64,000 bases of DNA from the human T2T-CHM13v2.0 reference genome, Homo sapiens (GCF_009914755.1 NC_060932.1), one strand, 5' to 3'. Positions 38,700 to 57,232 are shown, counted from the first letter of the stretch. Program-made: numbers and translations. The notes: generated by a model from the sequence alone, not told the origin.

Positions 38700-40680
38700 T
38701 CTAATGATTTTTGGCTACTTGGATGACCTCATTTGTGAACTGCCTATTGGAGCCCTTTGACGTGTGATTAAATTAAGCTGTTGTATTTGTCTAGTTAATT
38801 TGTAGAATTGAGTTATGTTTTCTGGATACAAGTTCTTTGTCAGATATGGGATTGAAAATATTTTCCTTTCACTATGTAGTTTGCATTTAACTTTCTTAAT
38901 GATGCTGTTTTATGAGTAAAAATTATTAATTTCAATTAAATCTAATTTATCAATCTTTCTGTGGCTAGCAATGTGTGTGTGTATGTGTGTGTGTGTGTGT
39001 TTATAATCTCATTTAAGAAATCTGACCAGGAGCAATAGTTCACACATGTAATCCCAGCACTTTGGGAGGCTGAGGCGGACGGATCACTTGAGGTCAGGAG
39101 TTTCAGACCAGCCTGACCAATATAGTGAAACCCTGTCTCTACTAAAAATACAAAAATTAGCCAGTCGTGTTGGTGCACACCTATAAGCCCAGCTACTCAA
39201 GAGGCTGAGGCAGGAGAACTGCTTGAACCCAGGGGTGCGGAGGCTTCAGTGAGCTGAGATCGCGCCACTTCACTCCGGTCTGGGCAAAAGACTGAGACTC
39301 TGTCTCAAAAAAAAAAAAAAAAAAAGGAAAGAAATCTTTGCCTAATCAAAGACCATGAATATTTTCCTCTATGTTTTCTTTTAGAAGCTTTGCAATTATG
39401 TTAGGTCTAAGGTACATCTGGAATAAATTTTGGTGTATGGTGTGAGAAAAGTGTCAAATTAATTTTTTCATAAGTATGTACAGTTAATCTTAAGCCATTT
39501 ATCAAAAAGATCCCTCTTTTCCCACTATATTGCCATGGTACTTTTCTATAAATGAATGACAACATTTAGGTCTATTTGTGGGTATTTTATTATTTTCCGT
39601 TTGTCTATTTGTCTATCTTTATGCTAAAATTGTGCTTTTTAATTAGTGTTTTGTTGTTGCTCCTTTATTTTTAGACCTGCTAGCATAGGTCTAAAACAAT
39701 GTTTTTCAACATTGTTCTTTTAGATTTTCTTTGATACTGTTAAACCTTTGGATTTCTATATATTGGAAATGAACTTAGTTTTCTAATTTCCATTAAAAGA
39801 GACATAATGGGATTTATATTTAGAGTTGTATTGATTCTATAAATCAATTTGGGGAGAACTGACATCTTTAAAATAGTAAGTCTTCCAATGTATGTACCTG
39901 TTATATATTTTCATCTATTAGATCTTTAAAACTTTTTTTCTCTTAGTAATATTTTACAGTTTTCATTGTAGACGTATGGAGTGACTTTTATTAAATTTAG
40001 TCTAAGGCATTTGATGTTTTTGATGGTTTTTATACATCTGTTGAAAACTTCATATGGTTTTTTATCTTTTTTCTCTTAATTTGTGATTCATTTCCAAATG
40101 TTAAACCAACATTTCATTCCTGAAATAAACTCAATGTAATCATAATATAGTATTGCTTTTCTATATTTCTGGCTTTAATTTTCTAATATGTTGTTTGGAA
40201 TTTGTTGTGTTCATATTCATTAGAGATGTTGACCTATAATTTATTTTTTCTTTCTTGCATGGTTTTTGTCAAGTTTTGCATTAAGGTCATGTATGATCCA
40301 TAAAATAAGTTGGCAAGTGTTTTTTATTTTTCTATTTTTTGGAAGAGTTTGTTTGGGATTGATATTATCTTTCTCTTAAAAGTTTGGTAGAATTCACCAA
40401 TGAAGACATTTGGGGCTTGAGATTTCTTGCAAAATGTTTTCAGTTAAGAATTCAGCAACTTCATTCACTTTTGCTATTTCTTTCTGCGTTAGCTTCAGTA
40501 AGTTGTGTTTTAATCTAAATTGTCAGATGTAGTACAATGAAGTCTTCCTTAATGTCTTCTTATTTCTTTGCAATCTGAGATATCTAAGAATGTATTGGTT
40601 TTAATTTTTGATACTGATATTTTGTGACTTTATTTCTTGATAAAAATCAGGGATTTATCGAATTTATTGGTTTGTATTGT
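38700..40680 (-). mobile_element. Ancient L1M ORF2 fragments, interrupted by (TG)n and an Alu
   Basis: CTGGATACAAGTTCTTTGTCAGATA, ATCAATTTGGGGAGAACTGACATC, TTTGGTAGAATTCACCAATGAAG. Confidence 0.8.
39024..39328 (+). mobile_element. AluS (Sx/Sz-like)
   Basis: Full dimer, A19 tail, TSD AAGAAATCT. Confidence 0.95.
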
Positions 40681-41307
40681 CAGTCAAATTTTTAATTTAA
40701 GGTAATTGTAGATTTACAGGCACTTATAAAAATAATACAGCGAGGTCTCCTGGATATTTTTCCCAACTTTCTCCAATGATAACGTTGTACAATAATATGG
40801 TTATTTTCTTTCAGCAGTTTAGGGATGCCATCCCAAAGTCTTCTGCCTTGCATCACTTCTCAAAGTACTTTCCTTCTATTTCCAGACTACTGTTTTCTGA
40901 TTCTCTGGCTGCCTTGATTTTTCTCTGGTGCCTTATACAGTCATTCCTTTTTAACTTTCATTTTTACCTTTTACCCAGATTTTATAGTTGTTAATGGTAG
41001 AAGGATTAGTCTTCTAAAAGTTGTTCAAATATGGTAATATGCCTGATTTAGTCCAACATTCCATTTTATTTCAGTCCTTTACAAAGAATTATAGAACATG
41101 AGTATTTAAAGGAAACTTACCGATAGGTGCTTTAGTAGCTTCCATTCTATATGTTGTAGCATCCCAAAGGGAATGCCGGTTCAATTAGAGTGGATTTCCT
41201 TTTAGATGTTTTATGAATTAAGGTTATACCTAAAATCTCATTTTAAAAATTGGGTGTTTTACTGCTAAAACTGATTTTCTTGATTAATTAACATTGTAAA
41301 AAATAAG

Positions 41308-41876
41308 TGTTCTGGTTATCTCTTGCTGTATCACAAAACATCCCCAAGCTAAGTGGCTTCAAACAACGATTGTTTTATTATGATTTCTCATGTTTCCAGG
41401 AGTTGACTGGGATCGGCTAGTTGGTTCTTACTTGAGGTCTCTTAGATGGTAGCAGTCAGACAATGGTAGAAACTAGAATCATTGGAGTGTTTGTTGACTC
41501 ACATATCTGGTAATGACTAAACAGCTCGGAGCTGAAACAGCTGGATCTCCTTGGGCATCTCTTTCTCTAGGCATCCTTGACATCTACATATTCTCTCTAT
41601 CGTGATGGCTTCGAGGAAGTGAATGTTCTTACATATCCACTCAGAACTGAAAAGGTTCTGAAGAGAGAGTGGGGCTCTTTCTAACCAAGCCTTGGAAGGC
41701 CCACTATGCCATTTCTGCCACATTTTATTGGTTGAGTCACCCACTAAGATTCATCCACATTCAAAGGAAAGGAGCATAGAGTCTGTCTAGTGAGGGAGAT
41801 GTGGCAAGATCTTGGAAGAGCATATGAAATGAGACATATTTTTGTGGCCATTTTTGAAAAATACATTCTGGTGCAA
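41308..41876 (-). mobile_element. MaLR LTR (MLT1G-like)
   Basis: TGTTCTGGTTATCTCTTGCTG...GTGGCTTCAAACAAC...TTTCTGCCACATTTTATTGG...GGCCATTTTTGAAAAATAC. Confidence 0.8.
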
Positions 41877-43069
41877 TAGGGAAATTGGAGCCCTAAGAAG
41901 AAATGCAACACATCTATGATATCCAGGCATATTAGCTCTGATTTCTAGATTTTTATTCAATATTAATAAATAATTTTAAGAAAAACATGAAGAGCTCTAT
42001 AGAACATGTTTAGGAAAAAAACACCTTTTTTGAATTAAGTCCTTATAAGCTAATAGAGTCATTATAAAAATGATAAAGAACAAGAACTAAAGTGTCATAC
42101 TTTAGACACTAAGATCTGGCTGAATCAGATACAATAATTCTCTGACATCTAAGAAGATTTTTCAGAATCCTTATTAATACTTTTATTAAAAGTTCTGATA
42201 ATAAAATGATATAAAAATAATTTACAAAGATTTTTAGAGATCTAAGTAATCAATAATAATATTACTACTACATATTCTTTATTGATGTTCCCTTAGCTTA
42301 TCCTTGAACATGTATAATAACTGAAAGACCATGATTTCATAAGTCAGTTCAATTTGGTTTTGGGTTTTATGGGGGAGATTAGTCTAATGGCCTGAAGTGT
42401 TTCTTGCATTCAGTTAAATCCTTACTCTTTACTTCTGTTCAATTCTGTTCTCTGGAGCAGAGAGATAAGTCCCTCTTTCTCCTGTGTGATAATTGTTTAT
42501 ATGGCACATGAATAGATATGGAACATTACACCAAAATTAATAAAATAAAATCTGAAGTGCAGATAAATAAAATGCAGTATTCTATATTTAGACAAAAAGA
42601 AAAAAAATCCTCTCCATATTGAGAGTGTGATATTTATTGCATGTTTACCATGCTCTAGGAATCACACAGATTGAACCATTTAATACTCTGGCTCTATTAT
42701 TATTATTATTATTATAAATTTACAGTTGAATAAGAACAAGACCTAAGCTGTTTATGCATAAGACAGGGTCCAAATAAGACCCTGTTGTCCTGAGTCAGCA
42801 GTCTTTATTACTAGGCCTAGCATATTATAATAGAGCAACATTTTAAAAGGGGAAATACACCATAACATTTACCCTAACAAAAAGCATTCAGCTAAGAGCA
42901 TGTGTCTATCATATATCCATTTTCAACCTTCCCACCAATTCATGGCTACTCTCCTAACACAAAAGATAATTATAAAATCCAATCCTAAGGAAATTATAAA
43001 CAAATTTACAAAGCAGTAGGAGTCATTTGCAACTGACTTTTTAAATAAAAGAATTGTAGACTTGTATCC

Positions 43070-43620
43070 CGACTTCTCAATCATCCATTCTCTACAAAGG
43101 TAAGTTAATATTTTAATAAAATATTTATCAAAACAAATTACTTGTTCAACTAAAATCCTCCAAAGGATTTTCCATGCATCAGGAATAAATTCCTTTTGTT
43201 AGTTTACAATGTCTGGCATGAACAGGTTCCTGACTACCTCTTTGAACTTCCCCGGTACTTCCCTTCTCTTTGCTCAAGTTGCTTTGGCTGTACTTGTTTT
43301 GTTCTTGTTCCCGAGTACAACAAGGTTTTTTTTCTGCCGCAAAATGTTGACACTACTTATCTTGCCCTGGTCCTACTCTTTCTTGTCATTCATGTGTCAT
43401 TTTAAATTTGATTTCATAAGAAAGATTTTCACTAATCAACTAAGAGAATGCAGGTACTTTTCCACAGTCTCTATAGGTTCAAATACTCTTTGTGTCATTT
43501 GTCATGATATAAATATTTCTTGTGATTATTGATGATTTTTTGCTTTTCAAATTATTCATTTTCCTGATAAATAATAGGAGCTCAAAATATATTCATTGAA
43601 AAAAGGAATAAGTGAATAAA
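43070..43620 (+). mobile_element. L2 relic
   Basis: TCAATCATCCATTCTCTAC...AAAATCCTCCAAAGG...AGGAGCTCAAAATATATTCATTGAA. Confidence 0.55.
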
Positions 43621-44730
43621 CAATGTTTTTCCATATTATTTCCTGTTGTTTAAAAAATGTATATTTTCTCAGAAAATAGCTTCAAGAAAATTTATCATGT
43701 GTGTAAATAAGTAAACCCAAAGACAACCCTACTCCTAGACTGAGTAGCTGCTTCTTGAAGAAATTGCATCCAAGAGATTCAATAGTTTGTCCAAGGTATA
43801 ATAGAACCAGGATTCAAACCCACTCAATTCTGCTTCAATTTACCTTCCCTGTTTCTTGATACTGTCCTGGACTAGCCACAGGAAAACACAGAAAATTCCC
43901 AAAATTAAAATAAAAAGAAGTTTGTATTTTTCCCTCTAAGTGTAATGTGAAGCCATTGGAAGGCTTCAAATAAAGTTTATATCAGGCAAATACATTAGAA
44001 GGTGTGAACTACATCAATAGTAACATCAGCCAGAATGGAAGTCAGGATGAATTCCTTATTCTAGTTTGTAACCATGATGTAGTCATTAAAATGTGTAATG
44101 TAGCTAAATGAACTGAAAAGAGCAGGTGAGAGACATGATATAACTTATTTTACAAGGTAGTCTTTTTTTTTTTTTTTTTTTTCCTGTTTGTAGAACTGAT
44201 TGCTGGGGCATGTGTGGAAGCAGGTCAATCATGTAATCATGTAGAACATCACCATAATGATTAATAATGGCTTGAAAAAAATCTCGTCAATGTACTTAAG
44301 AAAAGTCAATGGATTTTGGATGCCTTGGGATATATAATTGAGGCAGCTTGATGTATATTTAATAAAAGTTAACAAATGAGGGAATCAAATAAGACACCTG
44401 TGTTTTCAGTGCAAAGGGGTGAAACAAAGTCAGATCATACTATTCTGAATGCTTTCTTTCAAGAGGGCTGTCCTGTTTTGTTTTGGTTAGAAAATAGACA
44501 GTATTTTAGCTGATTATTTTACATACTTCCCTAATATTCTACCACTGAGCTGGCATTAAAATGTAAATGAACTCACACACACACGTGTGCACGCACATTT
44601 TTGGGCATGTGAGGATGCAAAAATTTCACACTCAGAAGGTCTTTCTGGAAGACATGTTGGAGGTAAATATCACAAAAATTACAAATGTATTCAAAAGCAA
44701 AGAAGATACAAGATTTAAGATGAGGTCTTC

Positions 44731-44803
44731 AGCAAATAAATTATTACTATTACATTTACTATTACTATTACATTAGCAAATAAATTATTACTATTACATT
44801 ACT
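44731..44803. repeat. Compound local duplication
   Basis: AGCAAATAAATTATTACTATTACATT at 44731-44756 and 44775-44800, separated by an 18-nt partial copy. Confidence 0.92.
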
Positions 44804-44899
44804 GAATTATACAGGGTACATAATGTGTAAACATAGACATCTCTAAATTAAATTCTGAGTTAATCTCAGCATGGATGGAGCAGTGATAAAGAAGGGTTT

Positions 44900-45850
44900 A
44901 AAGTCATGTTCTCTTTCTCACCTTGTTAGTGAATAGGATACAATAGAAAAATAAATGTTAAACTAAGTTTACTTCTTTCAGGGCAACCACTAGAGAAAAT
45001 GAATAAATGTATACATTTTGTATAATTATAAGTAAATAGAGAAGGAAAATTTTGTTGATCCAAAGAAAGTGAAAAGCAAGAAAAAACGCTAGAAAAATGC
45101 TAAAAAGCATGACAAAATAAAAGCCATTAAATAAATGTCAAGAATAATTTCAACTATATCAATAAACTGATTAAATGTGAATGGATTAAGTTATCATAGT
45201 AAAAATAAGTTATTTTATTAGTCAAGGAAACAATATTTAACTATATTCTATATACAAAAGGTAAAACTAAACAAAAAATTTAGAAACGCAACATGAAGTT
45301 TGAAAATAAAAGGATGTGTCCTGGTTATCTCGGATCATAACAATATTGCATAGACTGGGTGGCTTAAACAACAGAAATTTATTTTCTCACACTTCTGGCA
45401 GCTGAAAGTCCAAGATCAGGGTGCCAGCATGTTGGGGTTCTGGTGAGGGTTCTCTTCATAGCTTCCAGATGGCTGTTTTCTCACTCTGTCCTTACTGGGC
45501 AGAGAGAGAGAGAGAAAGACAGCAAGCTCTTTTGTGTCCTATCTTATAAAAGCACTAATCCCATCATAAGGGTCCCACCCATATGATCTCATCTAAACTA
45601 ACTGTCTCCCAAAGCCTCCATCTTCACATACCAGCACATTGGGGGTTTGAGCTTCAACATACAAATTTTGGGGAGATACAATTCACTCAACAGCGGAATG
45701 TAACTTATAGATATTAAGGGTTATATCAATAATAATAACATCCAAAATAGAATTCAATCTTAATAATGATAATATCCTTTATGGAATATCCTATTGTTAT
45801 GGAATGATATAGCTTCAAATGAACAGAAATGAAAAATCTTCATGACATAT
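44900..45850 (+). mobile_element. Ancient L1M inter-ORF/ORF2-start relic, split by MLT1A
   Basis: CAGGGCAACCACTAG...ATATCAATAAACTGATTAAATGTGAATGGATTAA...GTTTGAAAATAAAAGGATG. Confidence 0.6.
45317..45694 (-). mobile_element. MaLR solo LTR (MLT1A0-like)
   Basis: CATAGACTGGGTGGCTTAAACAACAGAAATTTATT...AAGTCCAAGATCAGGGTGCCAGCATG...GCTTCAACATACAAATTTTGGG; TSD-like GGATG/GAATG. Confidence 0.9.
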
Positions 45851-46066
45851 TTTTAAAAGAAAAATACAAGTAATGGAGTACTGTATACAATATATATGAT
45901 TTGATTTGCATACATATATACACATTTATCTCTGGATATACATTTATAAAAATGATTTGGAGGACACATGCCAAACTGTTGGCAATGTCTATATGGCAGG
46001 AAATGGCACAAATTTCCATCAGCCACTGAATCACCATGAAGTGATATCAATTTCAGTCACATTCTT

Positions 46067-47130
<1,064 letters not shown>

Positions 47131-47599
47131 ATAATTCCTTTCCTTTTTAAAATGTGATGTCTAAAGTCAATATTTTATACCCTTTTTAGGTGCATATGGT
47201 GATCGTTTTTGTATGCATCTAATGTGTTTCTAATATTATTAGCATAATTTTAGGAGTTTCATAACACTCATGTGAAATTTGAAATGTTTATGCAAATCCC
47301 TTCCTGGTGAATAACTAGATCATTCCTAAATACTTCTTATCATGACTGATGCCCCAGTCACTGATTTGCCTTCATATGTCAATCTTTGCCTGAAATCAGT
47401 AGTATTTGATAGGTCAAGAAGATAGTAATTGATTGTAAGAGAAAAAAGAACTATGAACAAACTATGAAGGCAAATGTGATTATATATTTGTGAAGACAAT
47501 GAATCTAATGTGCCTAATGTTTGTTCATTAGTGTGAGGGAGTGGTGCGGAGAGTTTACAGTGTGTGGAAGATAAAATGGATTTTAGAAGGTTTACGTGT

Positions 47600-48150
47600 C
47601 GTAGCAGCAGTAATTAGATTGGCTGGATTGAATTTCTGGATCCACCAGTTACCAATTGTGGGCATTTTGGCAAGTCATTTAACGGTCTTGGTGTATTCAT
47701 TTCCTTGCATGTAAAAGATGAATGATAATATCTGCCTTATTAGGGATTTATGAAGTTAAATAAAATCATGAAGAAAACATGTTTAACAAGCATCTGGCAC
47801 ATATAAAACTATCAACAAATGTATGCAATGATTATTATTATCCTCATCATCATTATCACTGTCAACCTTATTATTGATGTCCATTAAAAAGTTTCATAAC
47901 AGAGGTTTCCATTAGGTAATGAAGAGAAAATAAGAGTAGTATTGTTAAAATAATATTGAGTTTGGTATCTGGAAGATTCAGTATAAAATTGTTAACTCTG
48001 TGACCATGGACGTACTACTTAGCATCTCTGAAGCACAGTCTCTTCAAATGTAAGATAAAGATCTATCACCAACCACATATGATACTTTGAGGATAAAGTA
48101 AGGTAACATATTAGAGTAACTGATTTAATAGGAACTTGATAGATAGTAGT
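47600..48150 (+). mobile_element. Two MIR relics
   Basis: TTGGCAAGTCATTTAAC...TTTCCTTGCATGTAAAA; TGTGACCATGG...CTCTGAAGCACAGTCTCTTCAAATGTAA. Confidence 0.65.
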
Positions 48151-49369
48151 TTTATTAAAATATTATTAGAATTGTTGTAGTTCTTGCTTTTTAAAAAATT
48201 ATGGTTAGAATTTAGCTCTTCATTCAATACAATGATTCCAATGTAATCAGGGCTTCAAAAATCACAGTACAGTCTCCACTAAATAGTCATCCTATTTTAC
48301 AATAAAAGGCTCAAAAAGCAAAAGGGCAATAGCGCCAGAATTAGTATTTCTAAAAGTAGCTTTCCCCTGGTTAATTGAGAGTAAATTCTAATACAAAAGA
48401 AAAATGGGCATTTTTCTGAATGATTTTGTTAATCATCACAGGCGGCTGGAGCATTAAAAGCACTTTCAGAGGAAAGAACATGGATGAGATGAGGAAATGG
48501 TGGTTTACTGCATGGGAAGCAGTGTCACTTTGTCTGATATTTAGACCTTTGTTTTTCTGCTCACTTGGTAGGAGGAGAGCATATTTTGGCCTCTTCCACT
48601 CTAGCCCTCCTTCCATAGCAATGGGAATAGCCTGCAGGCCATCTTAACTCCTCACAATGTCCTAATCAATTTCTACATACAGTATTTTTTTTTTCCCTTT
48701 CTCAGTTTACTTTGTTATCCCCCAAAGAGGCAAAAACGTATGCTTCATAAGATTCAACAATTCATTCCCACTTGGTGACTTTTCCCAGGGTTTAGGCAAA
48801 ATGGGGAGATATCTTGGCTTTGTCAAGAAATTGGTCCTTGCTGAACACTGTCGAGTCCTAGATGAAAATGCTTTCTTTCTTGCATGCTTGAGGCAAGTCT
48901 GTTGTGGCCATCTGAGATAATATCAACTCACAAAGGGGACTGTCTCACTCTCCTTTTTATTGCAGCCTCTACAGAGGGAGTGGTAGAAAGGTCCCATTAT
49001 AAAACCAGTTTCATGGCTATTCTCATATTCACATAGAAAAGTACTAATTATAATAATGGGTAATGGTTGCATAACGCTTCCTGTGTAGCAGCCTCTATAT
49101 CAGTGCTTCCTAAGCTGTCTGTGATAAAATATCCATTTTTTCCCAAATAAAATAAAAATGAAATATAGAAATGAAATAAAATGAGATGCAAAATACATGC
49201 CCATTTTTAATTTTTTGATTTAAGACATAAAATTACTATTAAACTTTTATAAAAATTTCTGAGTATTGGCCCTCAATTTTTATACTTATAACAGAGAAGC
49301 AGCCATATGTGAACTAGCTCTATGTGTAAACCATACATGGTTAGTGCTGCTGTGAACACAGTATGCATA

Positions 49370-49810
49370 TTAACATAATTAATCCTCAAACTACCTTATA
49401 AGACAGGTACTTTTATTTTTCTTCTATTGTACAAACAAGGAAAATGAAGCATGAGGTATTGACTTGTTCAAGGTCATGCCTCTTCTAAATGTTGGGGAGC
49501 ATTTGAATTCAAGATACAGAGTTGACTCTCTTAACCACTAGACTGCATTGAAAAGAATTAAGGTTTGCAATGTTTCTAATACTGAATAATCGAAGACCAA
49601 AATACAACAATTCTTTATATTTGTGTTATACTTTGTATTGTCCAAAGTCCTTTTGCAGATATTTTATCATTTGATACTGACAGCAGTCCTGTAAAGAGGG
49701 TAAAATTATTGTCCATATTTTATATGTGGACCTTTGGGTCCCAGATATGTTAGTTGATTTGTCTAAAGTAAAAGATTGACTTGAGCTGAAGGTCTGGGCT
49801 CCATGAACAG
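49370..49810 (-). mobile_element. MIR relics
   Basis: TTTAATCCTCAAACTACCTTATAAGACAGGTAC...GACTTGTTCAAGGTCA. Confidence 0.6.
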
Positions 49811-51175
49811 ATTTCTTATCACCTTGTTTGATTATAAGAGTCATAGAATAGGGGTGGCTGGCAAGATGGCCAAATAGGAACAGCTCCAGTCTGCAGCAAC
49901 TAGCGAAATCAATGCAGAAGGCAAGTGATTTCTGCATTTCCAATTGAGGTACCTGGCTCATCTCATTGGGACTGGTTAGACAATGGGTACAGCCCACAGA
50001 GGGTGAACTGAAGCACGGTGGGGTGTCACCTCACCCAGGAAGCACAAGGGGTTGAGGAACTCCCTCCCCTAGCCAAGGGAAGAAGTGAGGGACTGTGCCC
50101 TGAGGAATGGTGCATTCTGGCCCAGATACTATGCTTTTCCCATGATCTTTACAACCTGCACACCAGGAGATTCCTTCAGGTGCCTACACCACCAGGGCCC
50201 TGGGTTTCAAGCACAAAACTGAGCGGCCATTTGGGCAGTCACTGAGCTAGCTGCAGGAGTTCATTTTCATACCCCACTGGTGCCTGGAATGCCAGTGAGA
50301 CAAAACAGTTCACTCTCCTGGAAAGGGGGCTAAAGCCAGGGAGACAAGTGGTTTAGCTCAGTGGGTCCCCCTGCACACAGCCCAGCAAGCTAAGATCTAC
50401 TGGCTTGAAATTCTTGCTGCCAGCACAGCAGTCCGAAGTTGATGCTCCAGCTTGGTGGAAGGAGGGTCGTCCACCATTACTGAGGCTTGAGTAGGTGGTT
50501 TTCCCCTCACAGTGTAAATAAAACTGCTGGGAGTGCACAATGGGCAGAGCCCACTGCAGCTCAGCAAAGCTGCTGTAGCCAGACTCCCTCTCTAGATTCC
50601 TCCTCTCTGGGCAGGGCATCTCTGAAAGAAAGGCAGCAGTCCCAGTGAGAGGCTTACAGATAAAACTCCCATCTCCCTGGGACAGAGCACCTGGGGGAAG
50701 GGGTGGCTGTGGACGCAGCTTCAGTAGACTTAAACGTTCCTGCCTGCCAGCTCTGAAGAGAGCAGTGGATCTCCTAGCGCAGCACTCAAACTCTGCTAAG
50801 GGACAGACTGTCTCCTCCAGAGGGTCCCTGAACCCCATGCCTCCTGACTGGGAGAACCTCCCAAAAGGGGTCAACAGATACAGGAGAGCTCCAGTTGGCA
50901 TCTGGCAGGTACCCCTCTGGGACGAAGCTTCCAGAGGAAGGAACAGGCAGCAGTCTTTGCTGTTCTGCAGCCTCCACTGGTGATATACCCAGGCAAATGG
51001 TCTGGAGTGGACCTCCAGCAAACTGCAGCACACCTGCAGTAGAGGGGCCTGACCATTAGAAAGAAAACTAACAAACAGAAAGGAATACGATCAACATCAA
51101 CGAAAAGGATGTCCACACAAAAACCCCATCCAAACATCACCAACATCAAGACCAAAGGTAGGTAAATCCACAAAG

Positions 51176-52199
51176 ATGAGGAAAAACCAGCACAAAAGGG
51201 CTGAAAATTCCAAAAACCAGACGATTTTTCTCCTCCAACAGATCACAACTCCTGACCAGCAAGGGATGAAAACTGGATGGAGAATGAGTTTGACAAGTTG
51301 ACAGAGTAGGCTTCAGAAGGTGGATAATAACAAACTCCTCTGAGCTAAAGGAGCATGTTCTAACACAATGCAAGGAAGCTAAGAACCTTGAAAAAAGGGT
51401 TAAAGGAATTGCTGACTAGAATAACCAATTTAGAGAAGAACATAAATGACCTGATGGAGCTGAAAAACACAATACAAGAACTTTGTGAAGCATACATAAG
51501 TATAAAAAGCCAAATCAATCAAATGGAAGAAAGAATATCAGAGATTGAAGATCAACTTAATGAAATAAAGCGTGAAGACAAGATTAGAGAAAAAAATAAT
51601 GAAAAGGAATGAACAACCCTCCAAGAAATATGGTACTATGTGAAAAGACAAAACCTACATTTGATTGGTATACCTGAAAGTGACAGGGAGAATGGAACCA
51701 AGTTGGAATGCACTCTTCAGGATATTATCCAGGAGAACTTCCCCAACCTAGCAAGACAGGCCAACATTCAAATTCAGGAAATACAAAGAACACCACAAAG
51801 ATACTCCTTGAGAAGAGCAACCCCAAGACACATAATCATCAGATTCACCAAGTCTGAAATGAAGCAAAAAATGTTAAGGGCAGCCAGAGAGAAAGGTCAG
51901 GTTACCCACAAACGGAAGCCCATCAGACTAACAGTGGATCTCTCCGCAAAAACCCTACAAGCCAGAAGAGAGTGGGGTCAATATTCAAAATTCTTAAAGA
52001 AAAGAATTTTCAACCCAGAATTTCATATCCAGCCAAACTAAGCTTCACAAGTGAAGGAGAAATAAAATCCTTTACAGACAAGCAAATTTTGAGAGATTTT
52101 GTCACCACGAGGCCTGCCTTACAAGAGCTCATGAAGGAAGCACTAAACATGGAAAGGAAAAACCAGTACCAGCCACTGCAAAAACACACCAAATTGTAA
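51176..52199 (+). pseudogene. ORF1: L1 ORF1p, disrupted
   Basis: Fragments ELLTRITNLEKNINDLMELK, TLQDIIQENFPNLARQ, NFQPRISYPAKLSF...QKHTKL in different frames. Confidence 0.95.
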
Positions 52200-52262
52200 A
52201 GACCATTGACACTACGAAGAAACTGCATCAACTAATGGCCAAAATAACCAGCTAGCATCATA

Positions 52263-56073
<3,811 letters not shown>

Positions 56074-56281
56074 ACAATGAGAACACATGGACACATGGAG
56101 GGGAACATCACACACCAGGGCCTGTCAGGGGATGGGGGCCTAGGAGAGGGGTAGCATTAGGGGAAATACCTAATGTAGATGACAGGTTGATGGATGCAGC
56201 AAACCACCATGGCAACTGTATACCTATGTAACAAACCTGCAAGTTCTGCACATGTGTCCCAGAATCTAAAGTATAATAAAA

Positions 56282-56510
56282 CCCACTAAATTATACACTT
56301 CAAATTGTGAATTTTATGGTATGTGAATTATGTCTACAAATAATGCATTGGATTTTACCAATGTTTTTCTATATCTATTGAGATTACCACTTTGTCTCCC
56401 CTAACCTATTAATGGAGTGAATTACATGGTAGATTTTTCTCACCTTTACCACCCTAGAATTCATGAAATAAAAGCTATTGATATAATATTATTTAAAAAG
56501 AAAAAAATAA
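56282..56510 (+). other. Candidate L1 3'-transduced segment with distal AATAAA and A-tail
   Basis: AATAAA at 56467-56472; A-tract from 56495; followed by a degenerate copy of the sequence 5' of the L1. Confidence 0.6.
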
Positions 56511-57232
56511 AAAATTATAGAATGGGAGCATGGTTCAGAAAAGATAAAGTATTGGGAACCTCCCCTACCAAAAGTAGCCAAAAAACCTATACAGTAGAAA
56601 ATTATAAAACATAAAATGCACTGTTGTGTTTATTAGGGAAAAAAAAGAGAGAGAAATTGCTAGGAACCAGAAATAAAGATGTAAGTGAAAAGTAGAAGGT
56701 TAAGCCTGTGGCCTAAAGCTTGGGCTGCCCTGGTGAGTTTACAGTAGCTTTCTCAGAGGCTTGTGTTTCAACATGTGACAGGGAACAGGAAATATGGAAA
56801 TTATACCAGTAGACAATGATGAGGTTTTCAAAGAGCTGTGTTCTCAGGAATGTGTAATAGAAAAAAATTCTGCCAACTACTTTGGCAGATAACAAGAATA
56901 CTTCTCTTTTTCTGCTGTAATATTGGTGAATAGAAGGTATTTCTTTACAAAATCAAAGTGTGGGTGTCTTTTTGTGTATACTTGGCATTCACATCTATGC
57001 TACCTGCAGAGTCAGAGAAATTAATATAAAATGTCATTCTAGACAGGTAATATTTTAATACGTCTAGAGAGAGCATTTAAAAAGTGTTCTAGAACATACT
57101 ACGTTTGATAAAGTAAATTCTGACTCAAACAAAATAAACAACAACAGAAAAACCCCACTAAGGGTAAATTCTTATGGGTTTATGTGATTGGAAGAACAAA
57201 AGGAGAAATTTAAACAAAGAAAATTACATATC

